A stretch of DNA of 64,000 bases from a virus. The first letter of the stretch is position 1, and the number at the start of each line of letters is the position of its first letter. The stretch is taken from positions 1-64,000 of the IMG/VR virus record IMGVR_UViG_3300018080_000154; one strand, 5' to 3'. The translations under genes were made by a program, and so were the position numbers. The notes beneath the pieces were generated by a model. It was given only the letters and a program-made list of their open reading frames with translations. It was not told the origin of the DNA and did no database searches. This document shows positions 46,678-55,620 of this stretch, piece after piece.

Positions 46678-46898
46678 AGGGTCTCCATTTCTGGTCTAAG
46701 AAAATTAATGACAGTTTTTAGCGGTATTTCCACGTCTACGTCAAACGGTTCCACTTCTATCGACAATACATCGGGTTGGTAGGCTTTGTCGGTATACATT
46801 TCTTTTTTGTTGACAGATTTTCCAAGAACCGATAGCGTGACGCTATACACTTCATCGTCAACTCCAATTGTTTTAATTATTTTTCTCATATTTTGCAA
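46674..46898 (-). CDS. Hypothetical protein
   Basis: Part of a chain of overlapping ORFs. Confidence 0.55.
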   Translation of the reverse strand: MQNMRKIIKTIGVDDEVYSVTLSVLGKSVNKKEMYTDKAYQPDVLSIEVEPFDVDVEIPLKTVINFLRPEMETL

Positions 46899-47134
46899 AG
46901 CTCCACGAATTGTTTCTTGGTTGTTCTTTCTCTTATTTTCTTTATCTGATTTACACGGTGACGTAGACGCTCGGTAACGTAAACGTTAACTGCCAAGAGG
47001 TCGGTTGTGTTCCAATATTCGTTTACTTCATGTGTTGAGAAATAGATAAGTTCCTCGTCGATCATTAGTCTAAGATATTTTATCCGACCTACCGACTCTA
47101 TTGCTTCTTCACGTCTTTGTTTCTCAGTTTTCAC
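46886..47134 (-). CDS. Hypothetical protein
   Basis: Part of a chain of overlapping ORFs. Confidence 0.55.
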   Translation of the reverse strand: MKTEKQRREEAIESVGRIKYLRLMIDEELIYFSTHEVNEYWNTTDLLAVNVYVTERLRHRVNQIKKIRERTTKKQFVELCKI

Positions 47135-47313
47135 GAGTAACTCATCTCCATTATGATGGCATCAATTGGTGTGTCTTGGTCGTCGTAGTATTCGCGCCAA
47201 GACTCTCTATCACTTGATATTGGGAAATCCATACCAGAGGCTTCGTCGTAAAGATCTTGTAGCCATTTTTCAAAGGTAGGGTATCTATTTTCAAAACTAT
47301 ATTCTGTGCTCAT
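47131..47313 (-). CDS. Small acidic hypothetical protein
   Basis: 60 aa; FEKWL...WREYYD...TPIDAI. Confidence 0.6.
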   Translation of the reverse strand: MSTEYSFENRYPTFEKWLQDLYDEASGMDFPISSDRESWREYYDDQDTPIDAIIMEMSYS

Positions 47314-47386
47314 TATTTATCATCCCAGTAACTATGTATCAAATGAAACTTAAGAATTTTCATTAGCGTTTTATCAGTATCTTTTT

Positions 47387-47728
47387 TTAGTCGTTGTCAA
47401 GTTTCTCTCTCCACATCATTGCGTCTAATTCGCAAACAGGATTTGTTCTTCTATAATTTCCAAGATGACCAACAAGAAGATGACAATTTATCCCGTATTT
47501 CTTATTTTCACACAACGATATTAGATTGTCAGGATTCAGTTCACGATCCGGTGCTAAATGAAAAGGAATTTTATGATGAACTTCTGGATTGTCAGATCCA
47601 CAGATAAAACATTTTGGGTGTTTTTTAAGATGCTCTTTTCTCACCTTACGCCATTGGCTTGATCTACGTGCACCTGGCGGTGCTTTATTCATAATCCTGT
47701 CTTTGATTATGTCGATAATGTTCATCAT
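47387..47728 (-). CDS. HNH endonuclease
   Basis: W.KVR...HPKCFICG...EVHHKIP...NLISLC...CHLLVGH. Confidence 0.88.
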   Translation of the reverse strand: MMNIIDIIKDRIMNKAPPGARRSSQWRKVRKEHLKKHPKCFICGSDNPEVHHKIPFHLAPDRELNPDNLISLCENKKYGINCHLLVGHLGNYRRTNPVCELDAMMWREKLDND

Positions 47729-47746
47729 AGCGTCTAGCCTCTTTTC

Positions 47747-48100
47747 TCATGGATCTGTGTTGTTTATTTGATAAGTAAGAACGTTAATAAAATGTTGTGC
47801 AACGTCGGCTGGTGAGCCATTTGAACAAGATTTAGAAATCACACCAATTCCCGTTCCACTTAAAATACAAAGAGCCATAGTCCATTTTGCAAAACCAAGT
47901 TCGTCGCCTTTTGTAGCAAAATATTTTTCCATTTCTTCTGCAACTTTAGATATTTTATCAATGCAAGTGTTTATGTCTTTAGCGTCTTGTAATTGTTCGT
48001 GTGTACTATCGTCTGGTCGTGTGAATGGTAAAACTCTTCCCATTTGATCTGGATTTGACTTTAGAAAATTATTCACAAAATCTTGAATGTCATCTTTCAT
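47747..48100 (-). CDS. Hypothetical protein
   Basis: 117-aa ORF in the accessory array. Confidence 0.55.
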   Translation of the reverse strand: MKDDIQDFVNNFLKSNPDQMGRVLPFTRPDDSTHEQLQDAKDINTCIDKISKVAEEMEKYFATKGDELGFAKWTMALCILSGTGIGVISKSCSNGSPADVAQHFINVLTYQINNTDP

Positions 48101-48414
48101 AATCTACTCGCTTCCCAACCGGTAACCGATCTATCTATATCGTAATGTGTTCCAAAAAGTTTGTTTGCACAAAATCTAAAATGTGCAGGAAGACTTTTAG
48201 CTAAATAATGAGAAGGTGTGTATTTATTGTAAATACCGTGTTCTTTCATTTGTTCAACTATTTTTATCAAGTCCTCGTTTCCCATTGCGTCCCATTTGCT
48301 CATATTAAGATCAATATCCCACCAAAGTGGTAAATTGTTTTCGGCCCATTGTAGAATTCGTCTTGATCTTTCAAGTTTGGTTACCACCGTTGTTCTGTAT
48401 CTATGTTTACCCAT
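48097..48414 (-). CDS. Hypothetical protein
   Basis: 105-aa ORF in the accessory array. Confidence 0.55.
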   Translation of the reverse strand: MGKHRYRTTVVTKLERSRRILQWAENNLPLWWDIDLNMSKWDAMGNEDLIKIVEQMKEHGIYNKYTPSHYLAKSLPAHFRFCANKLFGTHYDIDRSVTGWEASRL

Positions 48415-48415
48415 C

Positions 48416-48688
48416 TTACATGTCCGAAAGACGTTTTTTCAGTATCATCAACTTTTCTTTTGCATCTATAAGAGCTTTTTGTATTCCTTCTATTGCAGTT
48501 GCAACGTCTACGCGTATTTCAAGAGGTTCAACGTGTGTTCTTTTTATCTGTATCGAAAAACTCTTTACCTCTTCCTTTCGAGACTCGGTTGTGTATTCCA
48601 ATGCTCTTTCAAGTCGACTTACTTCTGATTCAGCCTCACCGATTTCTTGCCGTAGTTTGTTTGCACGTTCAAGTGTTTCAATATCCAT
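48416..48688 (-). CDS. Coiled-coil hypothetical protein
   Basis: 90 aa; AGGAG SD. Confidence 0.6.
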   Translation of the reverse strand: MDIETLERANKLRQEIGEAESEVSRLERALEYTTESRKEEVKSFSIQIKRTHVEPLEIRVDVATAIEGIQKALIDAKEKLMILKKRLSDM

Positions 48689-48717
48689 GTTTTCTCCTAC
48701 ACCAAGATATTGTACAT

Positions 48718-49146
48718 TTATTTTAACGCAGTATTTTTGATTTTGTCCATTGCGTCTTTGTTTGTTTTATTCAATTGATTTGTCAACATCTTTAACGACG
48801 ATTGAATTTCATCATTGATTTCCAACGCCCCGTGTTCTTCCTGTTTGTACGTAAGTGTTTTAATACGTGACACAGGAATTGCAAGATTTTTTCCAACCAA
48901 CAAAAAACCTGAAATCTGTCGATGTTCTAAAACTTTTTTGATGTTTACTTTGTTGACCTGAACATGTCTTGTTTTGTAGTCATACGCAGCGTATCCCCAG
49001 TCAACCATTTTTATTTTATCACCGTCCATTGTCTCAATCTCTGTGGTGATTTTTCCAACGTTGTATTTCTTACCGGTTGGAATTTCCGATTTCGTTTTTG
49101 ATTTTTGTCTAAAAAATGGGATTTTCATTTTTGATTTCCTATTCAT
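48718..49146 (-). CDS. Hypothetical protein
   Basis: 142-aa ORF; the true start may be the internal MKIPFF. Confidence 0.55.
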   Translation of the reverse strand: MNRKSKMKIPFFRQKSKTKSEIPTGKKYNVGKITTEIETMDGDKIKMVDWGYAAYDYKTRHVQVNKVNIKKVLEHRQISGFLLVGKNLAIPVSRIKTLTYKQEEHGALEINDEIQSSLKMLTNQLNKTNKDAMDKIKNTALK

Positions 49147-49351
49147 CGTCGTTTATTGTACCAAAATAGCAGTTTTTTGGTAACTGATACGGTTCCGTTA
49201 TCTGAAGGTTTCTAACTCGTAGTTGTTGACCTTTATTCTCAACAATCGATGGACCAGTAAATGATCCTGTTTTTTCTGAACCGTCTTCAAGAATAAAAGT
49301 AATGTGAACAGTTTGACAAGATTTGTTATCTATTTTATCTGTCATAAGCAA
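49139..49351 (-). CDS. Hypothetical protein
   Basis: 70-aa ORF overlapping both neighbours. Confidence 0.5.
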   Translation of the reverse strand: MLMTDKIDNKSCQTVHITFILEDGSEKTGSFTGPSIVENKGQQLRVRNLQITEPYQLPKNCYFGTINDDE

Positions 49352-49730
49352 TGTTTCTCTTTTGTTCTTCTAAAAGTTTTCTTTCCGACTCAAGGTCTCT
49401 TTCATTTGCCTCGGTCTCGGTAAATTTGTCTTTGTATCTAAGTTTTAATTTATTGATGTTTGTCTCCATTATTTGCTCAAGAGACACGTCTAAAGATCTT
49501 GCCGCTAATGCCATATACCACATCACGTCACCAAGTTCTTCGATTAGATTTACACGATCAAGTTTTTGACCATAGAAAAAATTCTTTTTTAGACAATCGA
49601 CAAACTCACCAGTCTCTGTTGCAAGACCAAAACCTGCGTGCATTAAATCTATGTCTACTCTTTTAGCAACAAGTTCTCTATCTATCTCTGCTGTTCTACT
49701 AGAATCAATTACGTATCGTGTGGCGTCCAT
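49335..49730 (-). CDS. MazG-like nucleotide pyrophosphohydrolase
   Basis: GLATETGEFVDCLKK...EELGDVMWY...NINKLKLRY; start placed at MDATRY. Confidence 0.9.
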   Translation of the reverse strand: MDATRYVIDSSRTAEIDRELVAKRVDIDLMHAGFGLATETGEFVDCLKKNFFYGQKLDRVNLIEELGDVMWYMALAARSLDVSLEQIMETNINKLKLRYKDKFTETEANERDLESERKLLEEQKRNIAYDR

Positions 49731-50073
49731 GTTTGTAGTGTCTCCATGCATAATGTTTTCTTGTGTACATGTAATTTTCATCGTATTGGTTGGCATAAGC
49801 CTCTCGTTCGAGTCTAATATTTAGATACGCCTTAACGTGACTCTTTTTACGTATCAGACGATTTAATAGATAGTCGTATGCATATATGAGATAAAAACCG
49901 ACGACAAGTGTCTCCGTATATTGTCGAATGTGTATTTTTTCATGATTTAAAAGAATTTGATCAAAATAATCTAGCTTTACAAAAATAAATGGCCAAATTG
50001 TAATTGCATCGATTGGCATTTTCTTACTAATCAATTTTGGTAACCAATGATTGTACTTTACAATACCGTCCAT
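49705..50073 (-). CDS. Small zincin-like protein (HExxH)
   Basis: AITIWPFIF...LLNHEKIHIRQY...AY.NI.LEREAY. Confidence 0.75.
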   Translation of the reverse strand: MDGIVKYNHWLPKLISKKMPIDAITIWPFIFVKLDYFDQILLNHEKIHIRQYTETLVVGFYLIYAYDYLLNRLIRKKSHVKAYLNIRLEREAYANQYDENYMYTRKHYAWRHYKHGRHTIRN

Positions 50074-50850
50074 TTACTCACCACCCTTCTTACACGCACA
50101 ACCACCAGAAAGTTTCTCAATCTTGTTCTTCAACTCTTCTATTTCTAATCCAAGTTCATGAATTTTGTTGTCCCGTATTGATACTCGTTCCCAAAGAATA
50201 AGTTTTACAGATGCAAGTTCCTCGTCAAGATATTCTTTGAAAACTTCTCGTATTTTTGATTTGACTTTACGTATGATCTTCATGTCAACCTCATAAAGCA
50301 CCCTGTCAAGATCAGGGTGCAAGTTTAAGCCAAAATTGGTAGGTTTGAAAAACCATCTAACTTTTTTGATAGCAGGCAAGACGTTAGACTCTTGAACTGG
50401 GTCTGAACAAGAATTGTGAACACATATCTGATTTGCAATAAAATTGTGACAATCTTTTATTTCCAAATCATACACATCAACACATTTATTTATTTCTAGT
50501 ACACCAGTTATTGTTCTAAACTGTCTATGTAATATTTCACCACTTCCAAATGCAAGAACCCTTTGTCCATTGCTCAAATCCATTGCTTTTACATATTCAC
50601 CACCTTCAACCCTTACCATGTGCTCTGGTGTCAAATCCACATAACCACCACTATTTCCACCACCTGACCAATGCAACCTTAATACTTTTTTATTGCCTGT
50701 CCTACCTGACCACACAACTTTTTTAATATCTAATTCTCTGTTTTCATCATAACAAAAAACATCATCACCAGCCTTTACATCCTCAATGGGAACTAAACCA
50801 CGGACAACATCAATCATTGTTCCTTTTGCAAGACACATCCCAATCCACAC
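50074..50850 (-). CDS. Hypothetical protein with N-proximal mini-intein (Hint domain)
   Basis: MWIGM|CLAKGTMI...LTPEH...VYDLEI...HNFIANQICVHN|SCSD... Confidence 0.85.
   Translation of the reverse strand: MWIGMCLAKGTMIDVVRGLVPIEDVKAGDDVFCYDENRELDIKKVVWSGRTGNKKVLRLHWSGGGNSGGYVDLTPEHMVRVEGGEYVKAMDLSNGQRVLAFGSGEILHRQFRTITGVLEINKCVDVYDLEIKDCHNFIANQICVHNSCSDPVQESNVLPAIKKVRWFFKPTNFGLNLHPDLDRVLYEVDMKIIRKVKSKIREVFKEYLDEELASVKLILWERVSIRDNKIHELGLEIEELKNKIEKLSGGCACKKGGE
50413..50835 (-). mobile_element. Mini-intein (141 aa, no homing endonuclease)
   Basis: Block A CLAKGT, block B TPEH, block F VYDLEI and block G VHN followed by Ser. Confidence 0.88.
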
Positions 50851-50851
50851 T

Positions 50852-51157
50852 TCATTTCTTACTTGTTATCCAAATGTCATCGTTATCATCTTCATCGAAT
50901 GATAAAACTCTTACCTTTCTTGTTTGTCCAGCAACCTTGACATCAACATTGTCAACTTTACATTCTGACGTGAAATTTTCTGTAAATGCTTCTATTCCTC
51001 GTTCCAAAATTTGTTCGGCTACCCATTCGCGTGCAGCATCTACAGATCCTTCAAAATCTTCCGAGCATGCAAAATCTTTTATTGATATCTCACATTTGAC
51101 AACAACGTCAAGAGGTGTATGATCAATTAATCGAGTTGGTTTTCTGACTATTCCCAT
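50852..51157 (-). CDS. Hypothetical protein
   Basis: Start placed at MGIVRKP after GGAGG. Confidence 0.55.
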   Translation of the reverse strand: MGIVRKPTRLIDHTPLDVVVKCEISIKDFACSEDFEGSVDAAREWVAEQILERGIEAFTENFTSECKVDNVDVKVAGQTRKVRVLSFDEDDNDDIWITSKK

Positions 51158-51350
51158 TACATGTCCTCCACAAATCATAATAATATTGTCTCGGTCTAGG
51201 TTTTCTTCCAGTCTCTGTATACATGTTGCGTACCGTTGCTATTGAACAACCAACACGGCGTGAAACCTTTTCAAAACTCAAACCGCTATCATATAAGTTT
51301 ACAACGTCGTCGATATCTACATGACGTGTTTTGAAACTTCTTCTTTTCAT
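51123..51350 (-). CDS. Helix-turn-helix DNA-binding protein
   Basis: LYDSGLSFEKVSRRVGCSIATVRN. Confidence 0.75.
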   Translation of the reverse strand: MKRRSFKTRHVDIDDVVNLYDSGLSFEKVSRRVGCSIATVRNMYTETGRKPRPRQYYYDLWRTCNGNSQKTNSIN

Positions 51351-51625
51351 GATCTTTTTATCTCAAAAACATGAAAAACTAAATCACCATGAGACAACTT
51401 AACCGTACCAAGATGTCGTAAAGTTCCATAGTCTTCTATTGGATGGCCCGTTCCAGCAATACGTATTTTGGTTTTTATTTTATCTTCTTTTCTATCTGCT
51501 ACAACAGATGCCCAAAGACATATCTGGTCTCTTTGATTGTCGACGTGAAGTATTTCTGCCGACTCTGGTAAATCAATTTCTTGATAGTCTGCAATCATTA
51601 AAGGGTATTTGAAAATTTTTCTCAT
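51347..51625 (-). CDS. Conserved phage hypothetical protein
   Basis: IFKYPL...LP..AEILHV..Q...CLWA...GTGHPI...LGTV...LVFHVFE is a recurring phage small-protein pattern. Confidence 0.7.
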   Translation of the reverse strand: MRKIFKYPLMIADYQEIDLPESAEILHVDNQRDQICLWASVVADRKEDKIKTKIRIAGTGHPIEDYGTLRHLGTVKLSHGDLVFHVFEIKRS

Positions 51626-51963
51626 TTATTTGACTCCCATTTCTTAAAAATAAGTTCTGCAACATGTATCACCATGTCAACAGCCTCTTCAACGGTTTTC
51701 CACGTATGTATGCTTAAAATACTGTACATATTTTTGAATGCTTCATCCCAAACCATTGACGCTTTACCATCAAGTTTTTCTATTAGAAGATCGAATGCTT
51801 TGTCAGCATACTCTTCAGCCTCTTTGATGTCGACAATAGTTGAAGACGACAGAAATGCAACAATCAAATCTCCGTAATACGTTTCAATTAATTCGTCGAC
51901 TTCAACATTTTCGTTCATTTCTTCCTGATCTTCATTTTCTTTTTTTGTTTCTTCTTTTGACAT
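51622..51963 (-). CDS. Acidic hypothetical protein
   Basis: 113 aa; AAGGAG SD. Confidence 0.6.
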   Translation of the reverse strand: MSKEETKKENEDQEEMNENVEVDELIETYYGDLIVAFLSSSTIVDIKEAEEYADKAFDLLIEKLDGKASMVWDEAFKNMYSILSIHTWKTVEEAVDMVIHVAELIFKKWESNK

Positions 51964-51987
51964 AAAGAATCTCCTTAAATGTGAAAA

Positions 51988-52215
51988 TCATGAAAAGCAT
52001 GGTTCAAATCTAGTTTCACGATGAATAATTTCAAAACTAGATGATAGTTGAGTACCGCTTCTCATATATTCAATCTTATTTTTACAGTACGGACAAATTC
52101 GTTCGTACTTTGTTGTAAACATCTGACCTTCACATTTATCACCACCGGGTCCCAAACATTTTCTCCACTTTTTTTCTTCATGTGCAAACACAGATTTCGT
52201 CAGGTACTTACTCAT
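51988..52215 (-). CDS. Small zinc-binding hypothetical protein
   Basis: RKCL...C...F.....RICPYC. Confidence 0.6.
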   Translation of the reverse strand: MSKYLTKSVFAHEEKKWRKCLGPGGDKCEGQMFTTKYERICPYCKNKIEYMRSGTQLSSSFEIIHRETRFEPCFS

Positions 52216-52435
52216 AAGGTATCTCCTTTGAATGCCGTTTTTCGACCACGTCGTTTAGTATTGTACTGATTGGTCCACATTCTATTAGATATACACTTAG
52301 AGCATCACGTAAATCTTGTTCATCTACTTTCTTGATATTTGCAATATGTTCAACTCTTTCACCAAAGAATTCGTACAGTATTTTATCTATTTTTTCTTTG
52401 TCTATTGTTTTTCCAGAGTTTTCATAAAGTTCCAT
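52208..52435 (-). CDS. Hypothetical protein
   Basis: 75-aa ORF overlapping its neighbour. Confidence 0.55.
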   Translation of the reverse strand: MELYENSGKTIDKEKIDKILYEFFGERVEHIANIKKVDEQDLRDALSVYLIECGPISTILNDVVEKRHSKEIPYE

Positions 52436-52438
52436 TTT

Positions 52439-52927
52439 TTAGTCTCCGTACATGTATTCAATTACAAATCCAACGTACGGATGATCTTCCCATTTACCGC
52501 TGTATGGATGTTTTATTGCTTGGCCTATTCCTCTATTGTAGTAGTCTAACGCAAGTCTCCAGTCGTTTTTAGCCCATTCGATACATTGCGCAATGTATTT
52601 TGTCCCGTATTTAATATTTGTAGCAGGTTCTCTAAGTTTACTTAGGCTTCCTCTAAATCCAAGACCGTAAGCCGTTGAGTATTTCACCTGCATCAAACCA
52701 TAACTCCATCCCTTCTTATTTGCATCTATTCCTGCAACGTCTGGTACACCACTAGATTCTTTTGCAATCATTGCCTCAACCAACAATGGATCGACATTGT
52801 ATTGTGCTGAATATCTATCAATGAGTTTTGAATATCTTGATATGTTTTTTAGATACTCAGATCTATCGATGTGGTTTGTTGCCAGCAAAAAGAAAGAAAA
52901 AAATATTATGATTGATTTTCTGTGCAT
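52439..52927 (-). CDS. Lytic transglycosylase (SLT domain) with N-terminal hydrophobic/signal segment
   Basis: VDPLLVEAMIAKES, YGLMQV, NIKYGTKY and ALDYYNRG motifs. Confidence 0.9.
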   Translation of the reverse strand: MHRKSIIIFFSFFLLATNHIDRSEYLKNISRYSKLIDRYSAQYNVDPLLVEAMIAKESSGVPDVAGIDANKKGWSYGLMQVKYSTAYGLGFRGSLSKLREPATNIKYGTKYIAQCIEWAKNDWRLALDYYNRGIGQAIKHPYSGKWEDHPYVGFVIEYMYGD

Positions 52928-53193
52928 ACGGTTTCATCGTCCTTCTTATCTATTATTTCTCTTTTATGTATTTTATTTATCACGGTAGCCTTCATGCTTT
53001 CAAATGATTTCTCGCTCATTATTTTCATCGACAGTGCCTTATCATTACCAGCGATTGTACCATCTAAAGTCTTGCCCTTCTTTATTGTTTTAAGACCCAG
53101 ATTTGACATAACAATGAAAACAGTATCACCCATTGGATAAAACGCTGCCATTGGTGATTTTCTTTTTGGTGGTCCCTTTTTATTTTCAGTCAA
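52906..53193 (-). CDS. Hypothetical protein
   Basis: 95-aa ORF. Confidence 0.55.
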   Translation of the reverse strand: MTENKKGPPKRKSPMAAFYPMGDTVFIVMSNLGLKTIKKGKTLDGTIAGNDKALSMKIMSEKSFESMKATVINKIHKREIIDKKDDETVCTENQS

Positions 53194-53360
53194 AACGTAA
53201 CTCCCATTCCAATGATTACCGAGTAACTTTTATCTTTATTGCTTTTGCATATCTTTATTTTGATTTCTCTATCACCGCAGTGATTTTTCTTCTTTTTTGT
53301 ATCCTCTTTTGTAAGAAAATACTTACCTATCCTAAATATTACATCGTACTCACTACCCAT
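53190..53360 (-). CDS. Hypothetical protein
   Basis: Start reassigned to MGSEYDV, overlapping the end of the deaminase gene. Confidence 0.45.
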   Translation of the reverse strand: MGSEYDVIFRIGKYFLTKEDTKKKKNHCGDREIKIKICKSNKDKSYSVIIGMGVTF

Positions 53361-53817
53361 GATTCGAGCTCCAACTAAATTGTTCAAACTCTGTATTAGA
53401 TTGTTCGATTTGTTTTCGAATAAAATCAAACTCTTTACCAAGTTGATACGGTTCAGAGTAATAGACTTTCTTAATTCCACTGTTCAAAATAACTTTAGTA
53501 CAATCTACGCAAGGTTGAGTCGTACAAAATAAAATAGAGCCTTCACATGAAATTCCAAGACGTGCACATTGAATAATGCAATTCATCTCGGCATGAATAC
53601 AATCAGCCAACTCAAGACGTTGACCGCTTTTAATTTTGAATTGTTCTCTTACACATTTTTTTGGATGTGGTATCCCAGCAGGTACTCCATTGAAACCTGT
53701 CGCGATTATTCTTTTGTCCTTAACAAGAACCGCACCAACAGATCTTGAGCAACATGTACTCATTCTTGCACATTCTTGTGCAACGTTCATAAAAAATTCT
53801 AAATATCTTCTATTCAC
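53353..53817 (-). CDS. dCMP deaminase
   Basis: STC.SRSVGAVL...ATGFNG...HAEMN...PCVDC; GTG start after GAGG. Confidence 0.93.
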   Translation of the reverse strand: MNRRYLEFFMNVAQECARMSTCCSRSVGAVLVKDKRIIATGFNGVPAGIPHPKKCVREQFKIKSGQRLELADCIHAEMNCIIQCARLGISCEGSILFCTTQPCVDCTKVILNSGIKKVYYSEPYQLGKEFDFIRKQIEQSNTEFEQFSWSSNHG

Positions 53818-53835
53818 TTCAACCTCTGTATTGTT

Positions 53836-53911
53836 TGACCGGGCGTGGAGTCGAACCACTTCACTGTGCCTCTCATTTCATCAAGGTCAGCCCCATCCAA
53901 GAGTCCCGGTC
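53836..53911 (-). tRNA. tRNA-like element (degenerate; anticodon arm non-canonical)
   Basis: 76 nt, with a perfect 7-bp acceptor stem GACCGGG/CCCGGTC plus A and a T-arm GTGG-TTCGACT-CCAC. The D-arm is weak but has GG, and no CCA is encoded. Confidence 0.5.
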
Positions 53912-53919
53912 ATAATATT

Positions 53920-54810
53920 TCATCGCCTCATTCTTTGTTTTATGATTTCATTTTTCAACGAGTTGAAACCCAATCTTCTATATTGTCTCACCAGTTCGTC
54001 TTCATTGTACTCACCCAATACTTTTCTAACTGGTGTTCTTAGATTGTAGAAATTTACAAGTTTATCATTAAGGATTATTCTTTCTTCGTTGTCCTTTATT
54101 GCTTGACCCCAACGAGTTCCCTTTGTCAAATCATTTGTGTCAACGTATGTTATGACACCGTATATGTCATTGTACTCTCGTGCAAGTGATTGAATAAGTT
54201 TTGTAGGAAATCTTGGAATGCCTGGTACGTTATCAGATTTATCTCCTCTGAAGATCTTAAAAAACACTATCTTACTTGGATGGGGTATTCCGTATTCTTT
54301 ACATACGTCGTCGGATTTGAATATTTTTTCCTCTTTGCCTGGTCTCATTACGCAGACATTAGTATCGTCATCTACGAGTTGAAACCAATCACTATCACCT
54401 GTGACCAAAATGAGATGATCATTTTTTGAATAATCTTTCTTGTATCTTTCAGTAATGTAATATGCAACGTCATCGGCTTCATATCCCATTGCACTATATT
54501 GATCTACTCCAAGAAGTTTCAAACAATTTTTAAGAGTTTCTACTTCTTCTAGAAAATCAGGAAACCAATCCGGTTTATCCTCTCTATTTGCCTTGTAAGT
54601 TGGATCAAGCTTTTTTCTTTTTGTAGGCATTTTATCCCAACAAAAAATTACTTTGTAGTCAGGGTAATTTCTCATCATTCTTTTAACGCTACAAATTGTA
54701 CCGTAGATTGCACCAGTACATTTGCCTTCTTTATTTTTAAGATCTTTCATAACGAAACGATTACGATACGCAACATGCATACCATCAAATACAATTAGTC
54801 TCTTACCCAT
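53920..54810 (-). CDS. 5'-3' exonuclease / flap endonuclease (PolI 5' nuclease family)
   Basis: IVFDG, YKANR, EADD, VTGDSD..QL and GDKSDNVPGI motifs. Confidence 0.93.
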   Translation of the reverse strand: MGKRLIVFDGMHVAYRNRFVMKDLKNKEGKCTGAIYGTICSVKRMMRNYPDYKVIFCWDKMPTKRKKLDPTYKANREDKPDWFPDFLEEVETLKNCLKLLGVDQYSAMGYEADDVAYYITERYKKDYSKNDHLILVTGDSDWFQLVDDDTNVCVMRPGKEEKIFKSDDVCKEYGIPHPSKIVFFKIFRGDKSDNVPGIPRFPTKLIQSLAREYNDIYGVITYVDTNDLTKGTRWGQAIKDNEERIILNDKLVNFYNLRTPVRKVLGEYNEDELVRQYRRLGFNSLKNEIIKQRMRR

Positions 54811-55037
54811 CGTTCTACACCTTCAAGCATATTTTCAAGGGCATCGACCTGTTTTTGTGATGCCCTTCTATTTTCATTTATCCATGTTGAAATACTTTCT
54901 GCTCGTTCTCTTACTGACTCAATGAATTCTATTCCTTCATCTGGTATTTCTGGTCCAAAAACAGTTGAGTTGCAACAATCAATAACTTGCTTTACTAAAT
55001 CTCTAGCCTGACAAAGTAATTGAAGACGATTTCCCAT
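54795..55037 (-). CDS. Hypothetical protein
   Basis: 80 aa; SQKQVDALENM..GV.RW. Confidence 0.6.
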   Translation of the reverse strand: MGNRLQLLCQARDLVKQVIDCCNSTVFGPEIPDEGIEFIESVRERAESISTWINENRRASQKQVDALENMLEGVERWVRD

Positions 55038-55620
55038 TCAATATCTCCTCTACGTCGTTCCAAAGTACTCGACCTATTCCAATAGCATCTGCAATGTCGT
55101 TGTCTTTGTATTCCAAATTAAGGTTATACAATTCATTCACAACCTTAACGGTCATGTACTTTATGTCTTTCTTTACTTTCTTGCCATTCACTATCTCATA
55201 TTCGTAGACTCTCTTTTTTTCTTTTCTAATCTTACCAGTTCTCTTGTTTTTGACCTCACCATCTTTGTACGAATATTTTGGTGCCTTAATACCTAATCGA
55301 CTTCTCCACGTTGCGTTATGATACATCTCAACTTCATTTCCAGTCATGTCGTAAACCAACTCATGAAGTATTCCGTGCATTCTCAAAAGTGCAATGCTTG
55401 TTTTAAAGTTACTAGAAAAATTCAGTTCTTCCATTGCAACATGTTGTACACTATACATCTCAATTGTTTGAACTACAGCCTTTCTAGCACGATGTAGAAA
55501 TTCACCAATGCCTTCTCCCTTTTTTGAAGTAATTTTTACCTTTGACAGTAACGTACCATTTTTCAAAACAGCAAGACCAGTGCTATGATATGAAACGTCT
55601 ACACCCATTACGATAGGCAT
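55003..55620 (-). CDS. RuvC-like Holliday junction resolvase
   Basis: MGVD.S..STG.AV, VAMEE and NDIADAIGI motifs. Confidence 0.85.
   Translation of the reverse strand: MPIVMGVDVSYHSTGLAVLKNGTLLSKVKITSKKGEGIGEFLHRARKAVVQTIEMYSVQHVAMEELNFSSNFKTSIALLRMHGILHELVYDMTGNEVEMYHNATWRSRLGIKAPKYSYKDGEVKNKRTGKIRKEKKRVYEYEIVNGKKVKKDIKYMTVKVVNELYNLNLEYKDNDIADAIGIGRVLWNDVEEILNGKSSSITLSG

Noticed and set aside
53880-53900. GGGGCTGA resembling a tmRNA 5' end
   Set aside because: There is no matching tmRNA 3' end or tag-reading region; the match lies inside the 76-nt tRNA-like element.
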